Assembly (NCBI GenBank): GCA_026418655.1
Contig: JAOAAW010000063.1
Coordinates: 9,835-73,834, forward strand
Length of the DNA: 64,000 nt
Direction of reading: 5' to 3'
Source: a bacterium
Lineage (GTDB): Bacteria; Ratteibacteria; UBA8468; B48-G9; DTJG01
Position 1 is the stretch's first letter. Each line of letters begins with the position of its first letter. The position numbers were made by a program, and so were the translations under genes. The notes under the pieces are model-generated. The model was not told where the DNA came from and ran no database searches. It saw only the letters and a program-made list of their open reading frames with translations. Below are positions 26,172-36,460 of the stretch, piece by piece.

Positions 26172-27773
26172 ATGAAAAAGATTTATTATCTGTTTGATGA
26201 AAATTATCCTGTATCCTGTCTGGCAAAAACCGAACTTGAACAAATTTTTTTAAAGGATGGCAGGTTTTCTATCCAAAGTGGTACGGATGTTTTTTCAAAA
26301 AATTATGACGCAGTAATTATCTTTAAAAAAAATCCCTCTCCACAGGAAGAAAGAAAACTCGAGACATATATTGATGCCGGTGGAAATGTACTTTTTATAA
26401 GTAAGTCAATACAGTCAGACCTTGCAAAAAAATTGTGTAAAATCAGAGTGGGAAAAGAGACAGGAATTCAGCAATTTAATGTTTTTATTGAAAAGGTTGA
26501 CCATTATATAACCCAGAGATTTCCTTCAGAATTTCAACTGACAGATAATCTGATGGAAACAGATTGCTCAGAATTTGATGCTTTTTTTTCAACATTGATT
26601 GGCAGAAAAAAAATGCCAGTTGTTTTTACGAAAGATTATGGAAAAGGAAAGGTCTCTGGTATTCTTGCGGGCGATACCGCGCAAACCTGGAAGGATTTTA
26701 ATTTCAGGAAGATTGTTGTCAGAACAGTTGCATGGATGCTTGGAGAAAAACAAAAGGAAAAGATTATCAATTGTGGGTTGGTTGGCTACGGACCCATGTT
26801 TGGAATGGGAAAAGGCCATGGCAATGCAATCAATTCCACCCCTGGCATGAAAACCATTGCGGTCTGTGATACAAATCCTGAAAGGGTTGAGGCAGCAAAA
26901 CAGGAAATGCCTGGACTTGCTGGATATTTCACAAACCTTGAGGAAATGTTGAAATTGAAAGAGATGGACCTTATAGTGGGTATTGTTCCGCATGATGTTC
27001 ATTATGATGTTGTCATGAAAGGACTTGAACATGGAAAGCATGTCATTATTGAAAAACCTTTCTGTATTACTGTGGATGAAGCCAACAAAATGATTGAAGC
27101 AGCACAAAAGAAAAAACTGATGTTAAGTGTTTTTCATAATAGACGCTGGGATGGAGATTATGTTGTATTAAAAAATCTTATTGAATCAGGCCTAATCGGT
27201 GATATCTTCCATATCGAGTGTTTCATTGGCAATTATAAACATCCAGGATACTGGTGGCGTTCGGATAAAAAGACAAGTGGCGGTGTGATGCATGACTGGG
27301 GAGCACACTTCATTGACTGGATTTTGAACCTTGTCCCTTCTAAAATAATAAGCATTTATGGTGATTTCCAGAAAAGATTATGGTTTTCAGTGACAAACCA
27401 GGACCATGGACACGCAATAATAAAGTTTGAAAATGGAGTACTTGCTGATTTTATTATCTCTTCCATTGCTGCAATAAATAAACCAAAATGGAAAATTTTT
27501 GGAACAAAAGGAGCAATTGAAGTCAATTGGGAGTCAGCTGACAGAATAAACTATGTAAGTTTTGTTTCAGGTATCAGATGTGAGGGGTTTGTTAGGTCCC
27601 AGCAATCTACTGGCTGGGTTGAGTACTATAGAAATATTGCAGACCATCTTTTGATGGGTGAAGAACTTATCTGCAAACCAGAGCAATCTCGCAGAGTTAT
27701 AGGTATCATTGAAGCAGCAGAAAAAGCATCAAAAGAAAACAGAGTGATAGAGCCATTTGAGAATTGTGAATAA
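26172..27773 (+). CDS. ThuA-like (class I glutamine-amidotransferase-like) domain fused to Gfo/Idh/MocA oxidoreductase
   Basis: The N-terminal ~200 aa are ThuA-like (YDAVIIFKKNP...DAGGNVLFI). Then INCGLVGYGPMFGMGKGHG Rossmann and EKPF of Gfo/Idh/MocA. Start taken at the Met preceded by GGAAGAG. Confidence 0.55.
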   Translation: MKKIYYLFDENYPVSCLAKTELEQIFLKDGRFSIQSGTDVFSKNYDAVIIFKKNPSPQEERKLETYIDAGGNVLFISKSIQSDLAKKLCKIRVGKETGIQQFNVFIEKVDHYITQRFPSEFQLTDNLMETDCSEFDAFFSTLIGRKKMPVVFTKDYGKGKVSGILAGDTAQTWKDFNFRKIVVRTVAWMLGEKQKEKIINCGLVGYGPMFGMGKGHGNAINSTPGMKTIAVCDTNPERVEAAKQEMPGLAGYFTNLEEMLKLKEMDLIVGIVPHDVHYDVVMKGLEHGKHVIIEKPFCITVDEANKMIEAAQKKKLMLSVFHNRRWDGDYVVLKNLIESGLIGDIFHIECFIGNYKHPGYWWRSDKKTSGGVMHDWGAHFIDWILNLVPSKIISIYGDFQKRLWFSVTNQDHGHAIIKFENGVLADFIISSIAAINKPKWKIFGTKGAIEVNWESADRINYVSFVSGIRCEGFVRSQQSTGWVEYYRNIADHLLMGEELICKPEQSRRVIGIIEAAEKASKENRVIEPFENCE

Positions 27774-27775
27774 AA

Positions 27776-29059
27776 ATGAATAAAAAAATAACTCTTGCTG
27801 GCGCTGCCGAAGTTGATATCACGCCACATGCTGGCACCCTGCTTGCCGGATCTTTGAAGCCAAGGGTTTCCATTGGCGTTGAAGATCCTTTGTATGTGAA
27901 AGCAATATCCATTGAATCTAATGGAGAAAAGCTTGTTTATGTCATCTTTGACCTTATTGCCCTTGACAGAGCAACTGCTGAAAAAGGGATAATGATGGCT
28001 TCAGAAGAAACAGGAATTCCTCCTGATTGTATTGTCTGGGCAGCAAGTCATACACATACAGGTCCTTATACAGGCGGGCTTTTTCTTGACGAAAATTTTC
28101 TTGATAGAAACTGGCTTGAAACAATACCAGAAAAAATGGCACAATGCATTATTAAAGCCGACAGGAGTAAAAAACCTGTCAGGTTTAGCAGATTGCGGAA
28201 CTTCCATTATGGTTTAGGACACAATAGAAGAATTCTATTTAAAGACGGCAGGGTAATCAATACCTGGCTTCTTACAAATGCGCCAGAACAAATACAATCA
28301 ATTGGAAGTGCAGGACCTGTGGACCCTGAAATCGGAATTTTTTGCTTTGATGATCTTGATGGAAATATCCTGGCTGTAATGTTTAATTTCGCCCTTCATA
28401 CCAATACCAATTTTGGTCCAAAATTCAGTGCAGATTATCCTGGAGTTGTTGCAGCACGATTGAGAGAGCGTTTTGGTCCAGAGGTAATTACTCTTTTTAT
28501 GCCTGGTGCATGTGGGGATATTAATTCAACTGGACCCAGATACAGAGAAGTCGGAAATGCACTCGCAGAAAAAATTATAGAATCAATTGAAAAAAGAAAA
28601 CCGCAGAATGATTTTCTTAAAATTGCCACAAAAAAATCAGAGCTCATTGTGCCCAGAAGAGATTTTACAGTGGACCAGACAGAAAGAATCAGAAATTCTG
28701 GCTGGAGTATCGAAAGTCAGCAGGTCTTTTTTGAGGAGTTAGAAGCATTAAAAAAAGATGGAAAAACCGAGGATTGTACAGTAATTCAGGCCTGGTGTAT
28801 TGGTGATACTGGTTTTGTTTCTTTCCCTGGTGAACTTTTCGTGGAATGGGGACTTAAAATAAAAAAGGAAAGTCCTTTTCCATTCACATACCCGGTTGAA
28901 GTTGGTGGAGATTATCTTGGGTATCTTATTACAGAAGAAGCATGGAAGCAGGTCGGTTATGAGGCATTGATTGCAAGAAGCGCAAGACCTTCTCCACAGG
29001 GCGTTAAACTTATGTATGAAAAAGCGATGGAAATGTTAAACCAGATTTATAATAATTGA
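27776..29059 (+). CDS. neutral/alkaline ceramidase N-terminal-domain-like hydrolase (function unknown)
   Basis: VWAASHTHTGPYTGG motif. Paralog of 17293..18768, and again followed by a Gfo/Idh/MocA gene. Confidence 0.45.
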   Translation: MNKKITLAGAAEVDITPHAGTLLAGSLKPRVSIGVEDPLYVKAISIESNGEKLVYVIFDLIALDRATAEKGIMMASEETGIPPDCIVWAASHTHTGPYTGGLFLDENFLDRNWLETIPEKMAQCIIKADRSKKPVRFSRLRNFHYGLGHNRRILFKDGRVINTWLLTNAPEQIQSIGSAGPVDPEIGIFCFDDLDGNILAVMFNFALHTNTNFGPKFSADYPGVVAARLRERFGPEVITLFMPGACGDINSTGPRYREVGNALAEKIIESIEKRKPQNDFLKIATKKSELIVPRRDFTVDQTERIRNSGWSIESQQVFFEELEALKKDGKTEDCTVIQAWCIGDTGFVSFPGELFVEWGLKIKKESPFPFTYPVEVGGDYLGYLITEEAWKQVGYEALIARSARPSPQGVKLMYEKAMEMLNQIYNN

Positions 29060-30141
29060 TGGAGGATACAGTGAAAAAATTAAAAATCGGCATTGTTGGA
29101 TTATCAAGAGGAAGGGGCTTTGTCAATGTTTTTTCAGCCCATCCAGATGTTGAAGTAAGCGCAATCTGTGATATTGATATTCAGAAACTCTCTGAAGTTG
29201 GCGATGCTTTTGGCTTGCCTGATAAGGCAAGGTTCACAAACTTTGATGATTTTTTGAACGCAGAGATCGACATTGTCATGATAGCCACTCCCATTCCTTT
29301 TCACACAGAACAATCAGTCAAGTCCCTTGAAGCAGGAAAACATGTTCTGTGTGAGCAAACAGGTGCCTACACTGTTGAAGAATGTGAAAAGGTGGTCCAG
29401 GCAGTGAAAAAAACAAAGAAAAAGTATATGATGGCTGAAAACTACTGTTATTTCCATTATATTCAGGAGTGGAAAAAAATTATTCAATCAGGAAAGATAG
29501 GAGAAATTCTTTATGCTGAAGGAGAGTATATTCATAATATCGTGCATTTACTTGTGGATGAAAAAACCGGAAAATTCTTCTGGCGTCATGAAAGGCCCCC
29601 AATATGGTATTGCGCACATACCCTTGGACCACTTTTGATGCTTATGAATGATAGAATTGTGAAGGCATGCGGCCTGACAACCGGTTTTAGAATGTATCCA
29701 CAGTATAGCCAGCATCCTGGTTTTCTTGATTTTGAAGTCGGACTTTTTCAAACAGAAAAAGGTTCTGTTGTGAAGATACTTAGAAGCCAGGTTCCAGCAT
29801 GCCCCCATTTTGTATGGTACTGTCTATATGGTACAAAAGGGCATTTAGAAAATCGTCGTGTTAAAGGTGAGGGATTTATTTATATTGAAGGTAAAAGTGC
29901 TGCTGATGGCGAAGTTTTCACCAGTGCCATAGTAGACCCGAATGCACCTGAAGAAGCAAGGAAAGGTGGTCATGGAACATCAGAATATTATATGATACGG
30001 GACTTTCTTCAAGCAATTAAAAATGACACTGAACCCCCTATCAATGTATTTCGTGCAACCGAATGGACAATTCCAGGAATAATTGCCCACCAGTCTGCAA
30101 TGAAAGGTGGCAAATGGCTTGATGTACCGATTCTATCCTGA
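29056..30141 (+). CDS. Gfo/Idh/MocA family oxidoreductase
   Basis: LKIGIVGLSRGRGF Rossmann start and a CEQ motif instead of EKP. Family-typical length. Confidence 0.75.
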   Translation: MMEDTVKKLKIGIVGLSRGRGFVNVFSAHPDVEVSAICDIDIQKLSEVGDAFGLPDKARFTNFDDFLNAEIDIVMIATPIPFHTEQSVKSLEAGKHVLCEQTGAYTVEECEKVVQAVKKTKKKYMMAENYCYFHYIQEWKKIIQSGKIGEILYAEGEYIHNIVHLLVDEKTGKFFWRHERPPIWYCAHTLGPLLMLMNDRIVKACGLTTGFRMYPQYSQHPGFLDFEVGLFQTEKGSVVKILRSQVPACPHFVWYCLYGTKGHLENRRVKGEGFIYIEGKSAADGEVFTSAIVDPNAPEEARKGGHGTSEYYMIRDFLQAIKNDTEPPINVFRATEWTIPGIIAHQSAMKGGKWLDVPILS

Positions 30142-30172
30142 TATCAAACACACACAAAAAAAGGAGAAAGTG

Positions 30173-32455
30173 ATGCAACAAGAGATTATTTTGAAGAACC
30201 GTATTCACAGGAAGATTAAAAATAAGCCCATCACATTTGGCGTGTGCTGGCCTGAAGGAATAATGATGGATGAAAACAAAATAGCACTTTTTGATGAGAA
30301 AGAAAACCAGATTCCTGCCGGAGTGAGAGTACTCAATAGATGGCATGATGGAAGTATTCAATGGAATCTTCTTGATTTTAATGTGGATATTGATGAATCG
30401 TCAACTCGGCAATTGACAGTAAGGGTGGGGGAAAACAAATCTGACTTAAAACCAGAAAATCCCATAAGAATTGAAAGAGAAGGAAAAGATGTGATTGTGA
30501 ACAATGGTATGGTTGAACTGGCTCTGTCCACTGAAAAAGGACATCTGGTCAAAAAATGGAAAGTTGATAAAAAAGAAATATTGCAATCCAATGGTTTTGA
30601 TATCACATTCAAGGATGAAAAAGGAAACAAGTTTTCAGCAAGTCAGGGCAGCAGAACCATTGAAATAGAGCACTCAAATCCTTTAAGGTGTGTTATAAGA
30701 ATAGATGGAAAACACGGTTCTGGGAGAAAAGAAATGCTGGATTATTTTTTGAGGTTTGAAATTTTTGCTGACAGGAAAGATATAAAAATCACCTATTGTT
30801 TCAGAAACAGAGAATTACCAACCCCTGGAATTAAAATAAAATCCCTTTATGCTGTATGCAGGTTTGCGATAGAAAAAGGGAAAAAGTGTTTTGCAGCCAA
30901 AAATCTTACTCGTTACTACAAGCCTGGTTTTCTCAGGGTAAATGAAGATGTCTGCATTGTTGCATCTGATACACCAGAACTGGATGACTTTGAAAATAAA
31001 CACACAAAAAATGCACATGGGTTTGTTTTTGTGAAAAATGAAAAGGTCTTACATGATCCTGAAGAGGAAAAACCGTGGTTTATGAGAAATGTAAAATATA
31101 GAACAACTGTTGGACATCTTCTTGTTTTTCCCTATCTTGCATTGATCGGTAAGGATAAGGGTATTATTGCACACATAAGCCAGATGAATACCCTTTATCC
31201 CAAAGAGATAAAAACCAGAAACAATACTTTTTATTTTGGTTTGTGGCCCGATTGGGCAAAAAATCTTTTTATCACGCAGGGAGCAGGCAGGTCTCATACA
31301 ATTGTTATAACATCAGTTGAACCAGATATTTCTGATATGGAGATTCAGGATAACTATTTTCACTGGGAAGTCCCGATGATGCCAGGCTGGCCACCTCAAA
31401 ATCCAGTGGAAATCATTTGTGATATACAGCATGTGAGAAATAGCAGGGTGTTTGGCATAGATATGCTTCCTGAATATGACATGAAAAACCGACCACTTTT
31501 TGAGAAAAAGGTACTTGATTCCTGGATAGGTGTTTCTTATGGCACTCTTGGCTGGACAGAAGAAATAATTCCAATGCCACCAATTGGATTCTGGGACTAC
31601 GGAGATAATGGTGCAAACAATGAAGAGATGTTTGGGCATGTCTACTTTCAAAACTATTTTAGAACTGGCAACTGGACATGCGCTGAAAATGGTATTGCAA
31701 TCGCACGACACATTTTAGAAGTGGATTTCGTCGATTTCAGCATTGACAAACTCCAAAATGGGGGAATGGTAGCGCATTGTCTTAATCACAATGATGGTGC
31801 TGTATATCCTTCACATATGTGGTTTACTGAATTGTTGTTCGCATATGTACTAACCGGAGATAATGAATTCAAGAAGGCTGCAATGAAAATATGTGAAAAT
31901 CTACTTTTGTGGGTTAATGAATATTTCTGGGTAATTTCAGCAGACCACAGAGAATCAGGTCAACCCATGATAAACCTTACCTGGTGTTATCAGTTCAACA
32001 GAGACCCCAGATACTTAAAGGCATGTGAGAAAATCATTAAAGAAAATCTCATGCAACAGGTAAAACAACATGGAAAGATGCTTGTGGTAAAACCCCATTC
32101 AATGCCGATGAAACTTGTCAGATATGGTGATTATGCTACATGGGAAGGAATGTTCTGGTACTGGACAATAACAAAAGACCAGGAAGTTAAAAATTTTATG
32201 TTGAGTCAACTGGAGTGGCGACTATCAACAGAGTTTATGACACCATTTGCCTATCACAGGGTCAGTGATATCAATCCTGCTGCATATGCCTATTATATGA
32301 GTGGGGATAGAAGCTGGTTTGACAGGATTGAAAAATTCATCAGGGCTGCTTTCAGATGTGCACGCTGGCCTCTTGGCTGGATACATTCAATGTACGCCCT
32401 GAAAATTGCCTTTGATCTCGGTATTATCAGAGACGATGATATAACTCCGCAATAG
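30173..32455 (+). CDS. hypothetical protein (beta-sandwich plus alpha-helical region; possible glycan-active enzyme)
   Basis: 760-aa ORF starting at the Met preceded by AAGGAGAAAG. No motif I can assign with confidence. Confidence 0.5.
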   Translation: MQQEIILKNRIHRKIKNKPITFGVCWPEGIMMDENKIALFDEKENQIPAGVRVLNRWHDGSIQWNLLDFNVDIDESSTRQLTVRVGENKSDLKPENPIRIEREGKDVIVNNGMVELALSTEKGHLVKKWKVDKKEILQSNGFDITFKDEKGNKFSASQGSRTIEIEHSNPLRCVIRIDGKHGSGRKEMLDYFLRFEIFADRKDIKITYCFRNRELPTPGIKIKSLYAVCRFAIEKGKKCFAAKNLTRYYKPGFLRVNEDVCIVASDTPELDDFENKHTKNAHGFVFVKNEKVLHDPEEEKPWFMRNVKYRTTVGHLLVFPYLALIGKDKGIIAHISQMNTLYPKEIKTRNNTFYFGLWPDWAKNLFITQGAGRSHTIVITSVEPDISDMEIQDNYFHWEVPMMPGWPPQNPVEIICDIQHVRNSRVFGIDMLPEYDMKNRPLFEKKVLDSWIGVSYGTLGWTEEIIPMPPIGFWDYGDNGANNEEMFGHVYFQNYFRTGNWTCAENGIAIARHILEVDFVDFSIDKLQNGGMVAHCLNHNDGAVYPSHMWFTELLFAYVLTGDNEFKKAAMKICENLLLWVNEYFWVISADHRESGQPMINLTWCYQFNRDPRYLKACEKIIKENLMQQVKQHGKMLVVKPHSMPMKLVRYGDYATWEGMFWYWTITKDQEVKNFMLSQLEWRLSTEFMTPFAYHRVSDINPAAYAYYMSGDRSWFDRIEKFIRAAFRCARWPLGWIHSMYALKIAFDLGIIRDDDITPQ

Positions 32456-32457
32456 GT

Positions 32458-34458
32458 TCAATCTTTATACCAGAGATTTTGAAATTTTGCATTGGTTGCA
32501 TCTTTGAGCATATTGATAACATGAATGAGTCCCCTTCTATCTGATGTTGAACCAAGAATATGTCTGTAAAGTATTCCCCGCCATACTTTGTAAATAGAAA
32601 GCAATGGATGGTTAAAGAGTTTCTGAATTTTATCATCAACCCTTGCATGCTGCGAAAGGAGCAAAAAGCAATCATCTATACTGTTGTTTTTCAGAGAATT
32701 TTCAATCTTTTTTTCAATTTCTCTTGTCTGCCAGAAAAGATAGCCAAATTCAAGCAGAACTTCCTGATTTCTTATTCTCTTTCTTATTTTGGTTGCATCA
32801 GCCATTTGATATGCCTGTTCTAATTTTTCTTTACATTTCTGATAAGTTCTTTCATCAAAGATTTGAAGGATTTCTGGAATTCCCATGCCAAACCTTACAT
32901 TTCTTGCTGAGTTTTCAAGTATGTCATAAAACTCAACCATTGGCTTTGCTGCTTTTCCATAAAGGGCAAGACAATACTCGGCCGCTAGATTTTCCCATGT
33001 CTCATTCTCATCCCACATCGCAAGAGCTGTGATATAAAGTGAAATTCCATAAGATGTCCATATCACAGGAGAGTTAAACCACTGGCTTCCATATCCATCG
33101 AATCCTTGTTTTTTGAGGAATTTTATTGTTCTCATAGCACCCTTGCTTACAGGAAAAAGCATCCCCATAGATCCAAGTGTACTTGTGAGATAATCATAAT
33201 AGTATAAAGGCCCTTTGATGTGTTTTCTCCACTTTGCAAAAATTTCAGGGTAGATTGTATACTTTATTGCATCTTTTTCATAGCTTGAAATCGTTGTCTC
33301 GGCAAGTGTTTTTTGTAATTCTTCATCAGAAGGAGGATCATCCAGAGCCCTGTCCCATTTTCTTTCGTAGATACAGAATATGACCCCAAGATTTTCAGGC
33401 AACTCCTCATTAAAATCATCTGGCAACTCAGTATGGCCTGCATAACTTCCAACCTCAATTATGACATCAGGAAACTGTGCTGCAATTACTCTTGCAATAT
33501 CAGCAGTAAATAGGACATAGTTTTTTGTGTACTGAAGTTGTTTTGTGGTTTTCCCCTGCCATGGTTCTTCAACCTTTCTGCAGTTATCACAAAAGCAAGG
33601 CGGCTGGCCATCATTAGGAAAAAAGCCAAATCTTTTCACATCAGGATATTTTTTGAAAAAATTCAAAAAGTAATCAATGAATATTTTTTTCACTTCAGGA
33701 TGTGTCCAGCATATACCAAAAGAATCTCTGCCATTATTCATTCTGTGAAGGGCATCTGGCTTCTGTTGTGGATTATATGCAAAAAACTCTGGGTGCTGGT
33801 CAAAGTATTTGCTTGGTGGCATAATGGATTCACAGGCATGCGCCCACATGCTCAACCCTGGTTCTCCGCGTATTTCAACCGCCTGCTTTATCCAGGACTT
33901 TGCCACTTCTTCTGAAAGCAATTCTTTTTCTCCCTGAAATTCCGGTGTCTTTCCTTTTTCTGGTTGTGGAGAATTGCTCATACCAACCTTTGCACACCAA
34001 TCAAGCATTTTCATGTCTCCACCACCAAGCATATATCTTGTTTTCATAAATGGCTCGTGGTAATAGGGCTCCTGTGAAATTTCAATCGTTTCTTTTTGTG
34101 GAATGTATTCTATTTCTGGCTGAGCGAAGATACACCCGAGTTCTCTATGCAAAAAATCGTATATTCCAAGGAGAACTCCCCTTTTATCACCACCTATAAA
34201 AAATACTCTTTCTTTGTCAGTTATCCGCAAAATTGACTCTGGAACCATGTTTTTTACCTCTGCAAAATCTGTGCGATTTTTTTCAACTATACATATTGCT
34301 GGACCTTTTTCAGGAATTTTGCGCATTATCTCCATCCTTGCGCCAGAGATTTTTTTTATATACTTTTGAAGTTCCTTTGCAGCATGAATTTCAACAGAGA
34401 AAGCATCTTCCGGGATGTGAATATTGCAAAGAGCCAAACTATTTTCCACTATTTTCAT
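32458..34458 (-). CDS. DUF4838-like protein (GH20b/GH67-N-like domain plus TIM-barrel-like region)
   Basis: The N-terminal PAICIVEKN...GDKRGVLLGIYDFLHRELG is the same domain type as in 4852..6834. A CFCDNC cysteine motif in the middle. Confidence 0.5.
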   Translation of the reverse strand: MKIVENSLALCNIHIPEDAFSVEIHAAKELQKYIKKISGARMEIMRKIPEKGPAICIVEKNRTDFAEVKNMVPESILRITDKERVFFIGGDKRGVLLGIYDFLHRELGCIFAQPEIEYIPQKETIEISQEPYYHEPFMKTRYMLGGGDMKMLDWCAKVGMSNSPQPEKGKTPEFQGEKELLSEEVAKSWIKQAVEIRGEPGLSMWAHACESIMPPSKYFDQHPEFFAYNPQQKPDALHRMNNGRDSFGICWTHPEVKKIFIDYFLNFFKKYPDVKRFGFFPNDGQPPCFCDNCRKVEEPWQGKTTKQLQYTKNYVLFTADIARVIAAQFPDVIIEVGSYAGHTELPDDFNEELPENLGVIFCIYERKWDRALDDPPSDEELQKTLAETTISSYEKDAIKYTIYPEIFAKWRKHIKGPLYYYDYLTSTLGSMGMLFPVSKGAMRTIKFLKKQGFDGYGSQWFNSPVIWTSYGISLYITALAMWDENETWENLAAEYCLALYGKAAKPMVEFYDILENSARNVRFGMGIPEILQIFDERTYQKCKEKLEQAYQMADATKIRKRIRNQEVLLEFGYLFWQTREIEKKIENSLKNNSIDDCFLLLSQHARVDDKIQKLFNHPLLSIYKVWRGILYRHILGSTSDRRGLIHVINMLKDATNAKFQNLWYKD

Positions 34459-35542
34459 TTTTTTCCCTTTGTTTTAATAGACAGGCAAGATAGCCATCAT
34501 TTGCATCAAGCATCAGCTTGAAAAAAACCTGTTGAAATTTGTTTCCCTTTTTTTCAAAAGGTCTTTTCACCTTTCCCATGAGAAAACTTAAAACCTGGAC
34601 ATTTTTAGCGCCGGCATCCAGGTATTCAATAATGTGGGTTCCCCTGTATATACCACCGGTTCCTGATATTTCTACATCAGGAAAACATTGATGAGCATTT
34701 TTTATCTGTATCAGATTACGCTGTTTGAGCTCCTTTCCGCCATGTGCGCAGCCGAACTCTTTTTTGTAAACCCTGTTGGCAATAACAACACCATCTGCGC
34801 TACCTTCAATACTTGCTTCAACCATTTTCAGCTGAAATTCCACTCCATAGTCAAGATTCAAAATCTTTGGAAAAACAAAAATATCCCTGAAGACCCTTTT
34901 CATAATTCCAGGGATACTTTTGTACCACATCAGAATAGTTTTCTGGTTCATCAGTTCATCATGCTCTTTTAAAAAAGGACAGAAATCAATCTCAAAAATC
35001 CTGTAACCAGCATCATACAATCTTTTTGTAGTGTAAATCCATTCATCTTCAATAAAATCCTCACCATAAGAAGGAAGATGCCCGAGAAGTGAAGCAATAA
35101 TTGGAAAATCAAGTGAGTTTAACCTTATTGCCTGTGATGCAAATTCAAGATATTCTTCAAGGTTTCTTGTATCAAGACCACCATCCCAGTGAATTATAGG
35201 AAACTCTCCATTTTCATCATAATCATCATAAACTGTTTCAACCCTTGTTGGTCTTTTTCTCAATTTAATCATTGAGCAATTACCTTTATCATCTTCAGCC
35301 ACCACAGATTTCAGCACACAACCTGAAAAACCTGCCTGTTTTATCATTTGAATTTGCTTTAAGGATACTGTCATCTGACCTGGTGCAACAAGAACAGGAT
35401 TTTTCAACTTCAAAGGTCCGTAGCGCGCATGGATGTCGAGATTCAATTCATCCCTAACAATCTGTGAGAAATTCTCAGGAATATCATAATGAAGGAAATA
35501 ATGACTTAATTCTTCCAGTTTCCTAAATGCATTCATACACAA
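34439..35542 (-). CDS. dihydroorotate-dehydrogenase-like FMN TIM-barrel oxidoreductase family protein
   Basis: GPLKLKNPVLVAPGQMT, GFSGCVLKS and ISGTGGI resemble the DHOD/DPD family substrate and FMN motifs. Confidence 0.5.
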   Translation of the reverse strand: MCMNAFRKLEELSHYFLHYDIPENFSQIVRDELNLDIHARYGPLKLKNPVLVAPGQMTVSLKQIQMIKQAGFSGCVLKSVVAEDDKGNCSMIKLRKRPTRVETVYDDYDENGEFPIIHWDGGLDTRNLEEYLEFASQAIRLNSLDFPIIASLLGHLPSYGEDFIEDEWIYTTKRLYDAGYRIFEIDFCPFLKEHDELMNQKTILMWYKSIPGIMKRVFRDIFVFPKILNLDYGVEFQLKMVEASIEGSADGVVIANRVYKKEFGCAHGGKELKQRNLIQIKNAHQCFPDVEISGTGGIYRGTHIIEYLDAGAKNVQVLSFLMGKVKRPFEKKGNKFQQVFFKLMLDANDGYLACLLKQREKNENSGK

Positions 35543-36441
35543 ATCCGTTTCAGGATTTCGTCCAGAACCTCTATTTCCTTTATTTCAAGTTGTTGAAGGG
35601 GTGGTTGCACATAGGCATGTGTGAATATTTTCTGCTTAACAAGAATATGCTTCATTCTTATTCTATAATCTCTCACAGGACTTGAGAAACAAAAATCGCA
35701 AATTTTTTCAAGAGGGCTAAATTTTTCAATTGCTTCAGTATATTTCCCTGCAAGTGCCATATTTATTGCATCAGCCTGAATATCAGTAAAAACAGAGCCA
35801 AACCCTATCAAAGCGCCATGAGCACCAAGTATGAATGATTCCATAATGAAATTGTCATTGCCGGTAAGAAGTGAAATTTTCTTTGGAAGATTATCAAGCA
35901 AAATTTTCATTTTTCTGAATTTTAAGGCATCAAAAGTTGCTTCTTTTATTGCAACCACATTATCAATCTGAACAAGTTCTGAAATAGTTTCATCTGTATA
36001 AAAAACACCTCCAAGGTCTTCCTGAAGCTGAAACAAAATAAGTGGTACACCCGCTTTTGATAAAATCTGATGATATTCAATAACTGCCTTATCCTTTCCT
36101 TTTGAACCCCTGAAGGCAAAATGAGGGAAAACAAGAAAATAGTCAGCACCACAATCTCTATATCTTTTTGCAAATTCTGATGCCTGATAGGTTGTTGCAC
36201 CACCAAGTCCACAGACAACAGGAATATTTTTTGCAATTTTTTTTGCAATACTAAGAATTTTTTCCCTTTCTTCCTGAGGTAAAAATGCTCCTTCACCTGC
36301 ATCTGTATTTACTGCAAGTGCTGCAATTTTCGCTGAACATACAAGTTCAATGTATCTGGCAAGAACATCCTGTTGAAGTTTAAAATTTTCATCAAACGGC
36401 ATCACAATCGCTGGAATGAGCCCGTGCAATTTCCTATCCAT
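35533..36441 (-). CDS. DapA-family (dihydrodipicolinate synthase / N-acetylneuraminate lyase-like) class I aldolase or dehydratase
   Basis: GLIPAIVMPFDEN start. A conserved Lys region (VVAIKEATFD) and GNDNF. Confidence 0.7.
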   Translation of the reverse strand: MDRKLHGLIPAIVMPFDENFKLQQDVLARYIELVCSAKIAALAVNTDAGEGAFLPQEEREKILSIAKKIAKNIPVVCGLGGATTYQASEFAKRYRDCGADYFLVFPHFAFRGSKGKDKAVIEYHQILSKAGVPLILFQLQEDLGGVFYTDETISELVQIDNVVAIKEATFDALKFRKMKILLDNLPKKISLLTGNDNFIMESFILGAHGALIGFGSVFTDIQADAINMALAGKYTEAIEKFSPLEKICDFCFSSPVRDYRIRMKHILVKQKIFTHAYVQPPLQQLEIKEIEVLDEILKRICV

Positions 36442-36460
36442 AATCCTCCTTCTTTCACTT

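Noticed and set aside
26589-27107. 172-aa minus-strand ORF inside the ThuA-Gfo gene
   Set aside because: Antisense to a gene with clear Rossmann/EKP motifs. Low-complexity composition.
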